Assembly (NCBI GenBank): GCA_020891255.1
Contig: BQFW01000006.1
Coordinates: forward strand, 1,736,001 to 1,800,000
Length of the DNA stretch: 64,000 bases
Origin: Entomortierella parvispora E1425
Taxonomy: Eukaryota > Fungi > Mortierellomycota
Direction of reading: 5' to 3'
Of the stretch, positions 13,929 to 24,975 are shown piece after piece. The position numbers and the translations under genes were made by a program. Each line of letters begins with the position of its first letter. Position 1 is the stretch's first letter. A model generated the notes under the pieces. The model worked only from the letters and a program-made list of their open reading frames with translations, ran no database searches and had not been told where the DNA came from.

Positions 13929-14887
13929 GGACTATTGCTTTGATATGTCGTTCAGGGAGAAGAAATATGTTGCGGGTTGGCTGAGGGCCTGTTCCTTGAT
14001 GAAGGATGAGGTTGTGGATGGAAGAAATGGTCTAAGGGACAGGGGATGAACTGAATGCAACAAGATGCAAAACAAAGAGAGAGGCAGATGCGTGCGATGA
14101 AGAGATGCGCAGGCAGGATGAATGCAACTGAAGAGTTTGATGGATTGCTGCAGCGTTCGATGCCCTTGATGCGCTTGCAACAGTCCAACCATAAAAAAAA
14201 AAAAAAGAAAAATACACACAGTGGCATACAAAATGTAAACAATAACAAGCCACTTTGTGACTGCACTTAATTTATTGCTGGTTGCACGTCTCCACGCGAG
14301 CAGAGCTGCATGAGGGGTTTTCTCTGAGAAGAACGAGCCTGAACAAAGCGACGAGCCTGAACAAAGTGCGTACATGCACTGCAGACAATGGCCGGGCAGA
14401 GGGCGAACCTCGAGTTCAGTTGGAAGACCAAGGTGGTGGTGGTCGACAGCGTGGGATAGTTGTGACCTATGTGTCGAAAAGAGAGGAAGAGAGGCTGACG
14501 AGAAAGAAGAGAGAGAGAGAGAAAGCAAGGAGAGCAAAATCAATGATACTGCATTGAATTGAAAAGCGGCAAACACGACGCACAGAGGGAGAAGCACAGA
14601 GATGAAGGCAGCCCAGCACAAACATGAGAGCGCGAGCGAGCAAAGAGAAAGAGAGCACGGCCAGAATGAGGACGGGTTTCCTTTTCCAGCACATACTTAT
14701 CTCCCCTCAGTGACGTAGAACGGGCCCGGGATCTACAGCCAATCACAGGGCCTGCTCCCCGGTGCCCTGCTCCCTCTGTGTCTGGCACAATAATCAATCG
14801 ATTTGTTTTTGTTTTCTCTCTTCTCCTCTTCTTCTCTTCTTCCCCACCTTCTCCTTCTCCTTCATCCCTCTCCCCTCTCCCCTCACC

Positions 14888-16796
14888 ATGTTTGCCACCC
14901 AGCGCACTGCCATCGCCCTCAAGGGCCTCCAGGCCATGTCTGCCAAGGTACACATCCCCTTCTCTACCCTCGCTACTCTCTCATTCCCTCTTGTCGCTTC
15001 CTCCTCCTCCACTCTCCACGATTTGATTTCTCTGCGAAAATGACATTTCTCTCCCCATCCTCAGCTTCCTTCTTTGGATTGGTCCCTGCATGGAAGGAAT
15101 GCATGACCCGCCTGCTAATCGTATACCTTTTGATTCTGTAATCAATCTAGACCGCTATGCGCTCTATGGCCACCGCTGCCCACACCATGCCCGGTGCTTT
15201 TAACGGCAAGAAGAACGCCAACGTAAGGATACTTTCTGTTGTCACTGTCTGGTATCCGGGATAAAGCTGGATTACAGAAGCTAGCCAGTCGTTGCCGCCA
15301 ATCTCTGGACATTGCAGCTGGATCGCCCAATGTTTCTTTGCCAACCTGCTTTCTGGAATGCTACTTGACGGCATGTTTATTCCAGGGGAGCAGGATGCCT
15401 TATGATCCAAAAGGCTAGGACGTCGATCTGGAGCAAAGTTTCTGATCAGAAGCATTGGACGTTGGTGTTGATCTGACTCAAATTTGCTGGATTGTCGTCG
15501 ACGGCTGCCCTTCTTTCATTATCGAACAGAAAGCAACAAAAGTAGAGTGGATTCACAATGAAAGTGATTCTAACATCTCCATCTCCACCTTTTTTCCCTC
15601 ATAGGGCAACTACAACGTCACCCTCATTCCCGGTGATGGTATCGGTCCCGAGATTGCCGAGTCTGTTGTCAAAATCTACAAGGCCGCTGGTGTATGTTAC
15701 CTTGCAGTAGACTGTTGTATGGTGTGTAGCCATTATCTCTGAGAGCTAGTTCCTGACCTCCCCTTCATCTCTGTATTCATCATTTTAGGTCCCCATTGAG
15801 TGGGAGCCCGTCAGCGTTACCCCCGTCCTCAAGAACGGAAAGGTCGCTATCCCCGATGAGGCCCTTCACTCGGTCAAGAAGAACACCGTTGCTCTCAAGG
15901 GACCTTTGGCCACCCCCATCGGAAAGGGTCACGTTTCCTTGAACTTGACTCTTCGTCGGTATGTGTTTGTATATCATAGAGGCTGCATTGAGGTTGGACA
16001 TGATAGAAAGCGTTTTCTGACTTCTCTGAATGTTTTTTTGCTGGAATATAGTACCTTCAACTTGTACGCCAACGTTCGTCCCTGCAAGTCTGTTGTCGGT
16101 TTCAAGACCCCCTACGACAACGTCGACACCGTTCTCATCCGTGAGAACACTGAGGGAGAGTACTCCGGTATCGAGCACGAGGTTGTTGATGGAGTTGTTC
16201 AGTCCATCAAGTTGATCACCAAGGATGCTTCCGACCGCTGCGCTCGCTATGCTTTCAACTACGCCAAGGAGACTGGCCGCAACCGCGTCACTGCCGTCCA
16301 CAAGGCCAACATCATGAAGTTGTCCGATGGTCTCTTCTTGTCCTCTTGCCAGGAGGTCGCCAAGGAGTTCCCCGAGGTCAAATTCGATGACTTGCTCTTG
16401 GACCGCGCCTGCTTGCAGATTGTCCAGGACCCCAGCGTCTATGCCGATACCGTCATGGTCATGCCTAACTTGTACGGTGATATTCTCTCCGATATGAGCG
16501 CTGGTCTTATCGGTGGTCTTGGTCTTACCCCCTCCGGGAACATTGGTCGTGATGCCTCCATCTTCGAGGCCGTCCACGGTACCGCTCCCGATATCGCTGG
16601 CCAGGATAAGGCCAACCCCACTGCTCTCCTCTTCTCCTCTGTTCTCATGCTCCGTCATATGGGCTTGAACAAGTACGCTGACCAGATCGAGAAGGCCACC
16701 CTCAAGGTTATTGCTGACGGCAAGGTCTTGACTGGTGATCTCGGCGGTCGCTCCACCAACACCGAGTTCACCAACGCCATCATCAGCGAGCTGTAA
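14888..16796 (+). CDS. IDH2: Mitochondrial NAD-dependent isocitrate dehydrogenase subunit 2 (catalytic), about 5 exons
   Basis: Presequence exon [20 protein letters not shown]; '[13 protein letters not shown]', '[20 protein letters not shown]', '[13 protein letters not shown]', '[10 protein letters not shown]', '[19 protein letters not shown]'; strong C-ending codon bias. Confidence 0.95.
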
Positions 16797-16996
16797 ATTG
16801 GCCTTTGTTTCTGTTTTTCTGTACACGTAGTTTAGTAACCCTCATCATACATCCACCTCATATCCCTCCATAAAAATTGAGCGAGCTCAAAATATTTTAA
16901 ACAAGTTCTCGGCACCGATCCAATTGGCGATTTCGCGTGGAAGCTGGAAGCAGTGACTGAGACCATATCGAATGCCTATGTTCTAGCGTCTAGATC

Positions 16997-19382
16997 TTGC
17001 CCACCACTCATGACCTTTCTTGGTTTTTTTCAGCGCCCCACTACATCCCCTCAGCGCGATCATCATGTTCACGGCGACGAATCATCCTGCTAGCAGTCTT
17101 GACTGCAGCAGCATACGCTTCATTTCTTACTTCATATACCCAAGGGGTTGATAACCAGCGGAAGACTACCCTAGCCATCACTCCTCGCCACCCGCCCCAG
17201 CCGGTCCAGTATGACCAAATGCAAGTACTTCAGATGCCCTCACCCCAACTGCAGACCCAACCGCATTCACCAAGGTGCAATATAAAGCGCAGCGATGCTG
17301 ATGGTGGAGGAGATGGCGATATTGATGGCGAAGAGGATGATGACGATGATATCGAAGCACCGCGACAGTTGTACCCGGATTTTGTCGAACCTGGAACACC
17401 TCACCCCAATAGCCTACATTTCGGAGCCTTGATGCCGCTGAACCTGTCAGAGACAGCGGACCAGTACTGGCGACAGGTCATGGTTGGATCAATGTCGGTA
17501 AGCCTTTTTTCATCTGGTGACTAGGCAGTACGACTGGCGATTGGAAATATCAACGCACAGGGCATTCTTCCTGGTAATGGGTTATCTCAATGTATCATGT
17601 TATCAAGTGGAGGGAGAAGATAGTGATGTTGTTCAACCCTCTGCTTTTTTTTGTTGAAAAAAGTCAATATTTCACTGTCCCTGCGGAACAGTCAGCCGCC
17701 TGAAGGAAGTCCTTGAAACGGCTCGAATGCCTTGATCTCTGCAGCACTCTTTGGAACAGGAAAACGTAAGCCTGGATGAATGTCAACGTTGTTCAAGCAG
17801 GGGGGTTTATTATACGCATGGACGACGACCACTAAATACCAACCAATTTGGTCCAATGGCTATGATCGAATGGATATCTGCCGTTTTGGACGACACCTCA
17901 TCACGGCTAAGCGAGTACAGTGCAGCCTTGGCATCTTCACTGCGAATACCTCAGTGATCCTTCTCTGTCAGTAAGCAATGTCATATGTAGGCGAGTCATG
18001 AGAAGCTTTTGTTCGAGATTGCATAGAGCTAACTCTTTTTTTTGTATCTATGACTCTAGTCAGCAGCGTGCCGGATGCAAAAACTATCGCTCTTCAGTTT
18101 TTAAGGTATATTCAGTTGATGGGCTGGCATCGAGTCGGGATCATCTACACCAGGGATGCTTTTGGAACGGCTCTCTACAATATCCGGATCCGGATGTTGC
18201 ATTCTCAAAAGAAAAAGGATCGGTACTGACATTCGAGCTGTTCGAGGACCGCCTGCAGGAGGCCACGTCAAAGAGGAACTCTGTCGCATACTCACTTAAT
18301 GGCCGCCTTTCAGGCGGTAATGGCGCATCGACCTCTCGTCGACCTAGTCTACTGGCAAGTCGTCTCTTGTCGCAGGAACTCAAGTCTAGCTCAACACTCG
18401 GCGGGCCAGAGTCATATGGGGTCTCTTTGGATGATGAGACAGTTCAATTGGCAGCGCCGCCAAGCCAAAGCAGCAGTGGAGGTTATGGTGGCGCAGGTAC
18501 AATTAGTACCAGCCCCGATAGTCAGTTCAGGATGGGCATCTTTTCATTCGGAGCCAGGGATCAGACGACAAGCATCCCTGTCATGATTGAGCAACGACAT
18601 CGATTCCTCTAGAGGTGGCACCCTTTCCGACAGTGGCGATCAGTGAAGGTTGCGGTAATGACTTTGCTCAATCTGGTGATCCTGACTGACGTAGGTGGCC
18701 TATGCCATTCTCAGAGCTTCGCCACTCTCAGAGTCTTGACAGTTAACGCATTGACTCAGCACTAATCATTTTTGTCCGCATATGTTTTCTTTATTGAATT
18801 GTAGCATGCAACGTCATTTGTTTACATAGATGCAAAGGCATTGACGGAAGGCAGCCATGCATTCCTAGTGCTTCATTGTTTCCGTGACTGCAAGCTTCGA
18901 CTGGAGTTTCCAAGCGTTGTGGCTCGTGATCACTGGCTAAGGGTTTTCGATGCAGGTTCGTCCACACTTGCCTACGCCAATGCCGACGCCCCTGCTCTTT
19001 CCACCTCATTGCAAGGTTCGAGTACATTCCCGCCCTATTCAACAATGCAAGAACAACAACAGCAAGTGCAGCAGAATCAACCGCAGCAGCAACAAATGAC
19101 ACATGTCCGAAAGGACAGTAGTGGCAGCAACAACACACTCTGGAGTCATTTATACCTTCTTGGTCACACAATACTGGCTTGACCTATTTGGATACCCAAC
19201 TACCTTGCCCTCCCAATTCAGTGCTTGCCAACAACAGTGGCTCTGTTGGCGATGGAGCGGCAGGGCAGAGTTCCAACCCTCCCTCCGGTGTTTCGGGTGT
19301 CAGTCGCGGACATGTCGAGTTAACTTTTGCTGAGGCATTGGGGCTGGTCCACCTCTGCCACAGCCACCGCATGACCGCTTGA
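16997..19382 (+). pseudogene. Degenerate class C GPCR (Venus-flytrap/ANF-receptor domain) relic
   Basis: Periplasmic-binding-fold motifs 'HFGALMP', 'AVRLAIGNINAQGILP|VNISLSLRNSQ', 'AVLDDTSS...ALASSLRIPQ*SFS'. In-frame stops at 17714, 17955 and 18610; the signal-peptide frame starts at TTG with no ATG; there is no room for the rest of the VFT or the 7TM domain. Confidence 0.7.
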
Positions 19383-19673
19383 ATTTCTTTGGTCACAAGA
19401 GACGCGCAGTGACGAAGCGACACCCTCTCAGAAAAAAAAAAAAGAGATCAACAATAAATAAAATAAAAAACAATTTAAATTGCATGCACCTGAGCAAAAT
19501 GAAGACCACCTTGCATTCTCATAATTCAGGTCGTTGGGGGGTATTGAGTATTGTATTATTGAACTGCCGAAAAGAAAAAAAAAAGAAAAAAAGAAAAGAG
19601 AAAAGAACATGGAGTTGATAGTGTTGACTAGAAGGATTGTAAAGACTTGGCGATGAGTCGTATTCAAGTGATT

Positions 19674-20531
19674 CTATACGCGTCCTTGAAAAAGTGGGGT
19701 GTTCAAATTCAAGTGCCCCATGATCATATCCTTGACATCCTGAGGTGGCTCCAGTCCCTACAGGAGACAAGTCGCGCGTTGTTTTAATACATTTTGTCAT
19801 ATCCACGTCCTCAAGAGGAAATCATTTTCCTAGGATAAATTTTTCTTACCAAGGCGAAGGCGCGATCCCAACGTTCAAGCCGCGTCATATCTGTACATGG
19901 TCCATACTTTGAGGCTAAGTCGAATTGGCGAAGCATTTTTTCCTCAGGAGAAAGATCGGCCTGATGGACTGGAGGGTTCAAAAGATGTGAGTATCTCAAT
20001 ATCATTCTCCACTTCCCCACAAAAGTCAAGCACTCTATCCCCAATATAACGACACTTACAACCAACATGGATGTCGCCAACGTCTGGTGCAATATAGGCC
20101 TGGACCTTCTTTCTGCTTGAACTCCGAGTACCGGCCTTTGAAACAGTAGCTGCAGCCGCAGCCTTGGCCACCGCTGGAACCTTGACGGACGCGCTCTTCT
20201 TTTTGAAGTCCGCGTGGTCCGAGTCGTTGTCGTCGTCGTCCGATTGAATTTCGTCGTCATGCACAATGGTCAAGTCATCCTCCTCCACTAATTCCTCTTC
20301 CTCTTCCTCTTCCTCTTCCTGCTCCTGCTCATGTTCTTCCTCATCAGAATCCTGAGTGTCAATCTCATCTGACAGCTCTTCCTGAACGACCTTGGTCCTC
20401 TTGGCGGAGGGTTTGATTAATGTCGCCTTGCCAGTCGTAGGGCGTTGTGCCAGCGATGCCTTCTTTCCTCTCTGGAAGAAGTTGGAGGCGACACTGGTCT
20501 CGGCAGGGGCAGTCTTCTTTGGTGGTGCCAT
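19674..20531 (-). CDS. POLD4: DNA polymerase delta subunit 4 (p12/Cdm1), 3 exons
   Basis: Spliced C-terminus 'LRQFDLASKYGPCTDMTRLERWDRAFAL|GLEPPQDVKD' is the POLD4 signature; basic/acidic N-terminus from ORF 19944-20531. Confidence 0.9.
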
Positions 20532-21501
20532 GGCGGTGAGGGTTGATTGTCGAATCGAGATGGATGCTGGATGGATGTCTGCGGTCGTCCCCTCTCAGTT
20601 GACAGTCGACGAAATGCTGATGTCACGAATGGGCCACCCTTAAGTTCGCTCGAGTGCCTGAGATAATGAAATATCGACCAGAGAATCCGTCCTCCCAAGT
20701 GGACGCTCTCGACAGGAAAAAAGAAGCTCTTCCAAAGTAGAACAATCCTTCATCCCCCTGGCTCCCTTCTGGGTCGAACATGTCCACCTTCCACACACAG
20801 CCCGGGTGACCCCTGCATTTCTTCCGCCACCTTGATGCCTTTTCTGTCATCAAGAGCAAGTCTTGTACTGGTGTGGCGCGACGGGTCAAGGCGCCCAACC
20901 TCGGAATCTTCCATCTAAAAGCAAAGTGTGCACACGCCCCTTCCCACCTTCTCGAAGCCCGAAACTCCAAAAATCTGAGCAATTTCTTTGCATACGGATC
21001 CTCTCTTTTCCCGACCAGCTCCACGAAGACACTGCCCAAAGAGAAAAAAAACAACAACATCAAACCCTAATGCATTGCGCCCTCGCGGGTAGAAATTGAG
21101 TCGTTGGAAGATTGGAAAGAAACAAGTGCAGCAGGACACAACGCCTGCTCTTCCTTTTTCTCCCCAGCATGTACCCAATAAAGTTTTTGGCAAAGTCAAT
21201 CTCATCCAAGCCCTGTGCGCCGCATGTGGTTGAAGAGTCAGGGACGCATGAAAAAAAAAAGGCGAAGTAAATCGAAGCATTTCTGTTTGTTGTCGAGCAA
21301 TTGAGCACTTTTTTTTGTCCTGTCCGACGATGCGACGATGACTATAAAAGCATGCAAAGTCAATTGCAATCCCCTCCCGTTTTCTCTTCTTATCCCTCAA
21401 CACCCTCAAAGCCGCCATCCTCACGCTCATACATCCTCACGCTCTCTCTCACACACAAAGGTCGCTTATAACACGTTTTAATTTCATTACCTCACTGTAC
21501 C

Positions 21502-22812
21502 ATGTCCTTCCAACCAAAATCAACTCGCCACAGGCACGAGTACTTGAAGACGGAGTATGCAAACTCAAGGATCATTCACGAAGAGATGCCGATCGATCCA
21601 GAGGAGTTCGAGAATGACGGGGCCCCGTTCGCAGCTGGAATGATGATGGCCGAGCCCTCCCCACAATTGTACCCTATGTCAGAGCACCAGGAGCACTGTC
21701 CTCCAGATAACACGTACTTTGTTCAGGCACTCACCACACCCTTTATGCTTGGGGATGTGTCTGACGAACAGCAGCGACAGGAATCCCAGTTTTACTCTGC
21801 CTACTCTATTCAGCAAATACCACAACTCCAAGAACAGCAACAGGAGCACTTATTCCCGACATATATCCAGAATTCCCCCCAGACACCAACACCTTCTAGC
21901 CTACCACCTTCTCCGCTAATCGACTATCAGTACACTTCGGCTACTCCTTCCTACAACAACAACAGCAACAACAGCAGCAACACCAGTGCAAACCTCATAG
22001 TACTGAGTCCCCGCTCACCCGCAGGTGACAGTAGCCGAGGTTTTGACGATTTGGTATGTGCCTGGTCAGCAAAGAGAGTTGAGCCTGAAGGCCTCTACGC
22101 TCACAAGACGGAAGATGTCGATACTGAAATGACTGCCTGGCAACCTCGGTCGAATCCATCCAGTCACCTTCAACCTTCATTGATGGCTTCCTTGGATCTG
22201 AACCGCGACCCTTTCTCACGAAAGAGAGGAAACGAGGGCTATCTCGTGGACTACACGCACAACATCGAGGATTCCAAGAGCCGTTATATGTGCATGTCAC
22301 CTCCGGATTCGCCTGATATGGAGATGGAGATGGAGATGGATAGACTCGAGATCGTGTCCCCTGTGACCAAGCGGATCTGTTCTTCAAGACAACAACTGGG
22401 CGGTGACATCAGCCGTCGTCGTAACGGTTCAGACAGCAGCAGTAGCAACAGCGACAGTGGTAGTGGCAGAACCTCCTCCTCTCCAAAGGCGGGCGGGGAT
22501 CTTCGGTGTCCAGAGTGCCACATCCAGTACTCGCGTCAGTATAATTTAAAGACCCATATCAATCGGGTGCACCGACAAGTCCGAGGCTTTATTTGCGACT
22601 TTGTTCCGGCCGATGGACAAGCGTGCAATAGTCGCTTTTCGGCCAAGGGCGACCTGGTGCGTCATCGCAGGATTCACTATCCAGATGAACGACCTTTTAG
22701 CTGTAAGCACGCTGACTGCGACAAGTCCTTTCCTCGAGGAGAACAACGCGATCGTCACCATAGCAAATGCCTGAAAACTTGCCCTGGTCGAGATACGTGT
22801 AGACACAACTGA
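21502..22812 (+). CDS. C2H2 zinc-finger transcription factor (3 C-terminal fingers), intronless
   Basis: 'CPECHIQYSRQYNLKTHINRVH', 'CDFVPADGQACNSRFSAKGDLVRHRRIH' and 'CKHADCDKSFPRGEQRDRH' follow a Q/S/P-rich activation-like region. Confidence 0.88.
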   Translation: MSFQPKSTRHRHEYLKTEYANSRIIHEEMPIDPEEFENDGAPFAAGMMMAEPSPQLYPMSEHQEHCPPDNTYFVQALTTPFMLGDVSDEQQRQESQFYSAYSIQQIPQLQEQQQEHLFPTYIQNSPQTPTPSSLPPSPLIDYQYTSATPSYNNNSNNSSNTSANLIVLSPRSPAGDSSRGFDDLVCAWSAKRVEPEGLYAHKTEDVDTEMTAWQPRSNPSSHLQPSLMASLDLNRDPFSRKRGNEGYLVDYTHNIEDSKSRYMCMSPPDSPDMEMEMEMDRLEIVSPVTKRICSSRQQLGGDISRRRNGSDSSSSNSDSGSGRTSSSPKAGGDLRCPECHIQYSRQYNLKTHINRVHRQVRGFICDFVPADGQACNSRFSAKGDLVRHRRIHYPDERPFSCKHADCDKSFPRGEQRDRHHSKCLKTCPGRDTCRHN

Positions 22813-23788
22813 GATAGCTATCCTTTCTCTTTTTTTTCATACATTTTTTTTTGTATACAGTTCTTTATCGAATACCCAGATGCTCAACAGAATATTTATA
22901 CCCCCCCTCCCTCTCGACATACACCACCTTCTCCTCCCCAAACTATTATTTTTTTTCACTTGTATTACGAGTTGAAATAGCAGTAAAATATATATTGCCT
23001 CTACTACAAGAATGAAATCGGGGGTGTGCTTCACCTTGCCAGTTCTGTACCTTGTTGGAGAGGTGCGAGGCGCAGTCGATGGACTCCAGGGCCAACAGGG
23101 CCGACGTTTGGTCACACGGTAAGGTAAAGCACAGGTTATTGTTTGGCTGTTTGGCTGTGTTGCCGTGCGTGCCACTTGTGTCATTCTTTTACCGACACGT
23201 TTGAGGGGGGAAGGGGGGGTTGCCAATGCATGGATGCATTTCAATGACCATTTTAGCAAATAATAAAGTTGAAAAGCCTGTGCTTTGGCCATCTTGAAGA
23301 GGCTGGGGGAAGCAGGCAAGTGGCGAATGGCATTTATCCCTCCAGTCTTTGTTGATGTCTTGCAGCCTTTGCCAGAGGAGAGCTGCAGAGATCATGAAAC
23401 AGGGTGGTCCTGAGATGGTCAGACTTTGAACAGGGCAAATTGGGCAAAGCAAAATCTTGGATTGACCAGAGAGAATAGGGCAGAGTTTGTTCCCTCCCTC
23501 CTATGGACCCAGAAAAAAAAAAGGAAAAAAAAACACTTTGGATATGTTAAACGTTTTGGAGAGGAATGGGAATCGGGCAAATTGTTACTGCGACTACTTG
23601 ATAGGTAGACCATCTGACCGGGTTGCCATACAACATGCTTGTTCGTTTCAAGAGGTCCTTATGGAGGTTCTCGTGTTCTGCTGCTGATGTGCCGTGGTGG
23701 CGGTGGTGGCGGCAACTCTGGCCATGTGACTCGTCTCATTTTGGTGGCGATTGACAAATGAGACGCGATGTGACCAACCTTGGTTCAC

Positions 23789-23789
<1 letters not shown>

Positions 23790-23822
<33 letters not shown>

Positions 23823-23823
23823 C
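23790..23823. repeat. Poly-T run of more than 30 nt
   Basis: Uninterrupted T homopolymer in the C2H2/cyclin intergenic region. Confidence 0.95.
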
Positions 23824-24975
23824 ATTCTTTGTGAGATGTTGCCCTGCGAATGTTACAGGATCAAGCGATACCTCCTCAAGGAAAAAAGTACATGTACTTG
23901 TTTCTCTTCTTGTCAATTGGTGGAAAAAGACGCGTGAAAAGATACCGCCCACACCTGCTCTATTCCCCCTTTCCATTCCTCATCACGGAAAGAGAGACCC
24001 GAAGACCCTGTGGGACAAGGCTAGTCGCAGCGTAAACAACCAAAAAAGCAAAGAAAAAAAAAACACTGGCAGAGCAGGTACCTTCCTTGCACGAAGAAGC
24101 TCAATTGCAAAGAGGAAAGCGAAAAAAAAGTGATCGACCTCGATCGATCGCATATATTTTTGGGTTTGTTCTCATTGGGTGAATCGTTCCAATTGTCGTC
24201 CCGACACACATTCACAACATCCCCGATCCGACCCCACCTCTGTCCCGTCACTTCTAGTCGCAAAACAGAAACCACCTCGGTCCCCAATCTGTAGAGACTA
24301 GACTACTTTCGTTGTTGTCCGCCGTCGTGCTTTCCCCTCAGCTCTAGACTTTTCCACCCCTGTTTTTTTTCTGCTCCCTACTTTTATTTGTGGAGTTTTT
24401 TTTTTGACGTGGCGATTAAACATGCCAGGTTGTGTTCGAGCCCCGAACGAGATGAACGATCAACAGTAATAAAAAAAAAAGTGAGAGCCAAACAAGTTGT
24501 TCAAGTCTGGCAAAGTCCCTTCTTCCACGAGGCACAAGCAAAAGGGGCCGAGATGCATGAAGGGCTCAGATGCATTGGGTAGGGGTAAACTGGTAAACTG
24601 CCAAGCGGGACGCGTGCAAATCAAAAACGTCAGTTTTTGTCAAATTGTGGAGAATGGAAAAAGGAAACAATTGTAGCTGGGATGTTTGGAGACCGAGGAG
24701 GTATGTCTTGCCGGCGCTAACGGGCCATGACACGACATGACCTCGTGTTGACCGCGTGTTGGCTTAAACGAACGTGTCATGCACATTCCTTCAACTTTCC
24801 TCTTCTAAACCCCTTACGAAAGCACGGGCAATTGAAGAGCAGCAGGCTCGTTCAGTAGAGGTGGAGAGATAAAAATATCACATAAGCATCTCTGCATCTC
24901 TGTCTGCATTTACATAATCGCTCTCTGCCGTTGAGTTGTTGTTCTTGTTTTTTATATTCTTTTTTGTTTTTTTTT

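Noticed and set aside
15780-16826. 348-aa minus-strand ORF overlapping IDH2
   Set aside because: Antisense shadow produced by the strong codon bias of IDH2.
23790-23823. Poly-T as the poly-A tail of a SINE or retrocopy
   Set aside because: No target-site duplication or Pol III boxes seen; similar A/T runs occur throughout the window.
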